NCBI GenBank assembly: GCA_003144275.1
Contig: NJBF01000074.1
Location: forward strand, 1-9,425
Direction of reading: 5' to 3'
Source of the DNA: Candidatus Heimdallarchaeota archaeon B3_Heim
GTDB taxonomy: Archaea; Asgardarchaeota; Heimdallarchaeia; Hodarchaeales; Hodarchaeaceae
DNA length: 9,425 nt
The translations under genes and the position numbers were made by a program. Within the stretch, counting starts at the first letter, position 1. Each line of letters starts with the position of its first letter. The notes under the pieces were generated by a model. The model did no database searches and was not told where the DNA came from. It worked only from the letters and a program-made list of their open reading frames with translations. Positions 6,840 to 9,425 of the stretch are shown here, one piece after another.

Positions 6840-7763
6840 TTACACCCAGTCTTCAGCAAGAATTTCTCCTTGTGCGCTAATGGTAATGGATTTAATGGGG
6901 ACCTTTCTTGAAGCATCTCTGGTGGCTATTTGAGCCAATTGCAATATTCCGCCACAGCAAGGCACTTCCATTTTCATCACCGTCAGAGTATTTATCTTTG
7001 CATGTTCAACCAAAGCCTTAAGCTTTTCAACATAAATTTCCATATTGGAATCCAATTTCGGACAAGCAATAACAAGGGTTTTCCCTTTTAAAAAGCTGGC
7101 GTGAAAATCACCCATGGCATATGCAACGCAATCTGCTGAAAGCAATAAATCAGAGCCCTGGAAATGAGGTGCATTGGGATTAATCAGATGCATCTGGACA
7201 GGCCAGTGAGTTAACTGAGACCGGGTATCTCCCTTTGTATCAGTAATTGTCTTACTTTGATCGGGTTGAAAGGCATAAGCCCGGGATCCGGGGCATTCTC
7301 CACCATGTGCAGTATGTGGTGAGACCATCTGAATCTCTTCCGGTTTAGTTTTTTCCAACAGGTTATGACCCGGAAGATGATTATGCACTGCTTTCATAAC
7401 TTCTTTAGGATCAAACTTCAATACCTTTTTATTATCCCATAAATACTGTTCACCTTCCTTTAGGTAACCTGCTTCATTATGTTCCTTTAAATGTTTAAGA
7501 TGGGCAATCACTACATTTCCCCCTTTTTTCACCATTTCTTCCATTACAACAATCTCATTGTAAGATTCTGCTTCACGCTCTTCAAGGGTAATGGCACCCT
7601 CCGGACAGTGCCCCAGACAGGTTCCAAGGCCGTCACACATCAGATCACTGATCAGTTGTGCCTTCCCATCTATAAGCTGCAAAGCGCCTTCATGACATTC
7701 GGGTATGCAGTCTCCGCATCCCGTACATTTTTCCTCATCGATCCTTATAATTTGTCTTTTCAT
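6840..7763 (-). CDS. Ferredoxin-domain iron-sulfur cluster-binding protein (type commonly associated with hcp)
   Basis: N-terminal CTGCGDCIPEC and CDGLGTCLGHCP; C-terminal CPGS, WPVQMHL, SADC, IACPKLD and MEVPCCGG. Start moved to ATG 7763 (MKRQII) because the track's ATG at 7811 lies inside the operator. Confidence 0.9.
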   Translation of the reverse strand: MKRQIIRIDEEKCTGCGDCIPECHEGALQLIDGKAQLISDLMCDGLGTCLGHCPEGAITLEEREAESYNEIVVMEEMVKKGGNVVIAHLKHLKEHNEAGYLKEGEQYLWDNKKVLKFDPKEVMKAVHNHLPGHNLLEKTKPEEIQMVSPHTAHGGECPGSRAYAFQPDQSKTITDTKGDTRSQLTHWPVQMHLINPNAPHFQGSDLLLSADCVAYAMGDFHASFLKGKTLVIACPKLDSNMEIYVEKLKALVEHAKINTLTVMKMEVPCCGGILQLAQIATRDASRKVPIKSITISAQGEILAEDWV

Positions 7764-7774
7764 TTTTTTTACTG

Positions 7775-7782
7775 CAAGATTA
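7775..7782 (-). promoter_or_regulatory. Putative -7 element of the Fe-S/cupin/ygbA operon
   Basis: Minus strand TAATCTTG, one mismatch to TAnnTTTG, 11 nt upstream of ATG 7763. Confidence 0.55.
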
Positions 7783-7803
7783 AGCATTTCCGAAAAAAAA
7801 ATC

Positions 7804-7819
7804 TGTAACATATGTTACA
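7804..7819. promoter_or_regulatory. Crp/Fnr-family (HcpR) operator
   Basis: Perfect 16-bp palindrome TGTAACATATGTTACA between the divergent regulator and the Fe-S operon. Its centre is about 41-42 bp upstream of the inferred minus-strand TSS (~7770). Confidence 0.8.
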
Positions 7820-7867
7820 ATAGCTAAATTTTTCCTATTTTCCCGGGAAACTTAGCAAATTCAATCC

Positions 7868-8533
7868 ATGTTCAAATCGCTTTCAAAATCTCCAATTTTC
7901 AAGAATATCAAACCTGATGAAATTCCAATATTACTGAGTGGGGTAAACTATACTCTGAAAAAATTCAAAAAAGGGCAGGTCATTGCCTTAAGGGAAGAAC
8001 CTTGTAATAATCTTATGATATTGGTCTATGGCAGTGTAAAGGGTGAAATGCTTGATTTTTCAGGTAAAACTGTAAAGATCGAAGATATTGCTGCACCTAA
8101 TACCATTGCTTCAGCCTTCTTGTTTGGAACCAGAAACCAGTTGCCAGTAGATATTGTGGCAAAGGAAGATGTTCAATTGCTATTTATACCAAAATCTTCC
8201 GTCATAACCCTCTTGAAAACCCACAATACATTTTTAACAAACTTCCTGGATGTAATTTCAGACCGGTCTCGTTTTTTAAGCAACCGGTTGTACATACTAT
8301 CCTTTAAAACCATAAAGGGGAAGCTTGCTCATTATATTCTAAGCCGTGCCAAACCTGATAAAACCACCGTTGAATTTCCAAAAACCCAGCAGGAGCTGGC
8401 AGAATTCTTCGGAATAACCAGGCCATCTTTGGCCAGGGTGCTCGGTGAACTGGTTCACAGTAATATTATTTCGATTAAACGCAACAGGGTAAACATCATC
8501 AGGAAAGATAAATTAATTGAACTTATTCGATAA
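7868..8533 (+). CDS. hcpR: Crp/Fnr family transcriptional regulator, HcpR-like
   Basis: cNMP-binding-type domain (GSVKGEMLDFSGK...IASAFLFG) plus HTH TQQELAEFFGITRPSLARVL. Divergent from Fe-S/cupin/ygbA genes. The symbol is inferred from the RPSLAR recognition helix and gene context. Confidence 0.8.
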   Translation: MFKSLSKSPIFKNIKPDEIPILLSGVNYTLKKFKKGQVIALREEPCNNLMILVYGSVKGEMLDFSGKTVKIEDIAAPNTIASAFLFGTRNQLPVDIVAKEDVQLLFIPKSSVITLLKTHNTFLTNFLDVISDRSRFLSNRLYILSFKTIKGKLAHYILSRAKPDKTTVEFPKTQQELAEFFGITRPSLARVLGELVHSNIISIKRNRVNIIRKDKLIELIR

Positions 8534-8545
8534 TGAATATTCCAG

Positions 8546-8578
8546 AGCCGTGCCATGATTTTGAACCGTGACACAGCT
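8546..8578. other. Imperfect GC-rich hairpin after hcpR (possible terminator or REP-like element)
   Basis: AGCCGTGCCATG (8546-8557) and CGTGACACAGCT (8567-8578) pair at 9/12 positions; two of the mismatches become G-T wobbles on the minus strand. No U-tract follows. Confidence 0.3.
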
Positions 8579-8677
8579 ATCATATCCTTATGTTTTAGAA
8601 AACAGAACTTTGCTTGTTAAAAGACGAAGTTTTTTTTACATTTAAACATTATTATCAACTTCAATAATTTGAGAAAT

Positions 8678-9409
8678 ATGAAAAGAATTATTTTTTTAAT
8701 CGTAAGCATCGTACTTATCAATATCAATACTAATGCACAAGATACTGGTTACAAGTTCAAAATGAAAAAGGAAATTGCGGCTACACCGGTTAAAAGTCAA
8801 TACAGGACCAGCACCTGCTGGAGTTTTTCTTCGCTCTCCTTCCTGGAATCAGAATTAATCCGGATAGGAAAAGGAGAGTTCGATCTGTCGGAAATGTTTG
8901 TCGTCCGTTATACTTATCTGGGAAAAACCGATAAATATGTTCGCATGCATGGCAACTCAAACCTGGCCGGTGGTGGAGCTTTTCATGATGTTCTGAATGT
9001 ATTTCGTGAATACGGAATCGTCCCTGAAGAGGTTTATTCCGGTAAAGTTATCGGTGAAGAAAATCACATTCATGGTGAAATGGATGCAGTGATCAAAGGA
9101 TATGTTGACGCTGTGATTAAGAACAGGAACAGGAAATTAACCCCAGTCTGGGAAAAAGGTTTGGATGGGATCCTGGATGCCTACCTGGGTAAAATTCCGA
9201 AAAATTTCGAATACAAGGGAAAAACCTATACCCCCAAAACCTTTGTTGCAGCATTAGGAATAGATCCGGATGATTACATCATCATTTCCTCGTTTACCCA
9301 TCATCCTTTTTATGAAGCATTCATACTGGAATTTCCGATTATTTGGACCGGGGTGGATTCCATTAATTTTCCCTTTGTGAATTTTGAAGAATTGATGGTT
9401 ATGCTTTAA
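8678..9409 (+). CDS. Secreted papain-like C1 cysteine peptidase (aminopeptidase C/bleomycin hydrolase-like), apparently truncated
   Basis: Signal peptide MKRIIFLIVSIVLININTNA-Q; oxyanion Gln and catalytic Cys in VKSQYRTSTCWSFS; DLSEMF; SFTHHPFY. The catalytic His/Asn half is absent before TAA 9407-9409. Confidence 0.85.
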   Translation: MKRIIFLIVSIVLININTNAQDTGYKFKMKKEIAATPVKSQYRTSTCWSFSSLSFLESELIRIGKGEFDLSEMFVVRYTYLGKTDKYVRMHGNSNLAGGGAFHDVLNVFREYGIVPEEVYSGKVIGEENHIHGEMDAVIKGYVDAVIKNRNRKLTPVWEKGLDGILDAYLGKIPKNFEYKGKTYTPKTFVAALGIDPDDYIIISSFTHHPFYEAFILEFPIIWTGVDSINFPFVNFEELMVML

Positions 9410-9425
9410 AAAAATGCCTTCTTAA

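Noticed and set aside
6457-7808. ORFs 6457..6702 (+), 6713..6916 (-) and 7491..7808 (+)
   Set aside because: They overlap the real cupin or Fe-S genes or the repeat element, and resemble no protein family.

Overview
AT-rich chromosomal window, most likely from a Bacteroidota genome (TAnnTTTG promoter motifs, no Shine-Dalgarno sites, typical gene families). In order: (i) the 3' end of a response-regulator receiver-domain gene that the ORF track missed; (ii) a convergent MacB/LolD-type ABC ATPase followed only by a 30-codon C-terminal remnant of its permease; (iii) a putative metal-export cluster (mntP, a CDF transporter lacking its cytoplasmic domain, DUF169); (iv) a class V PLP 'cysteine desulfurase-like' enzyme lacking the catalytic Cys, translationally coupled to a stand-alone homoserine dehydrogenase; (v) a nitrosative-stress module: an HcpR-like Crp/Fnr regulator divergent from Fe-S protein, cupin and YgbA genes, with a perfect 16-bp palindromic operator but no hcp gene; (vi) a secreted C1 cysteine peptidase whose last ~90 nt look degraded. 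Several intergenic regions carry REP-like structured DNA, including a perfect three-way-junction palindrome at 1801-1848. No rRNA, tRNA, CRISPR array or transposase was seen.
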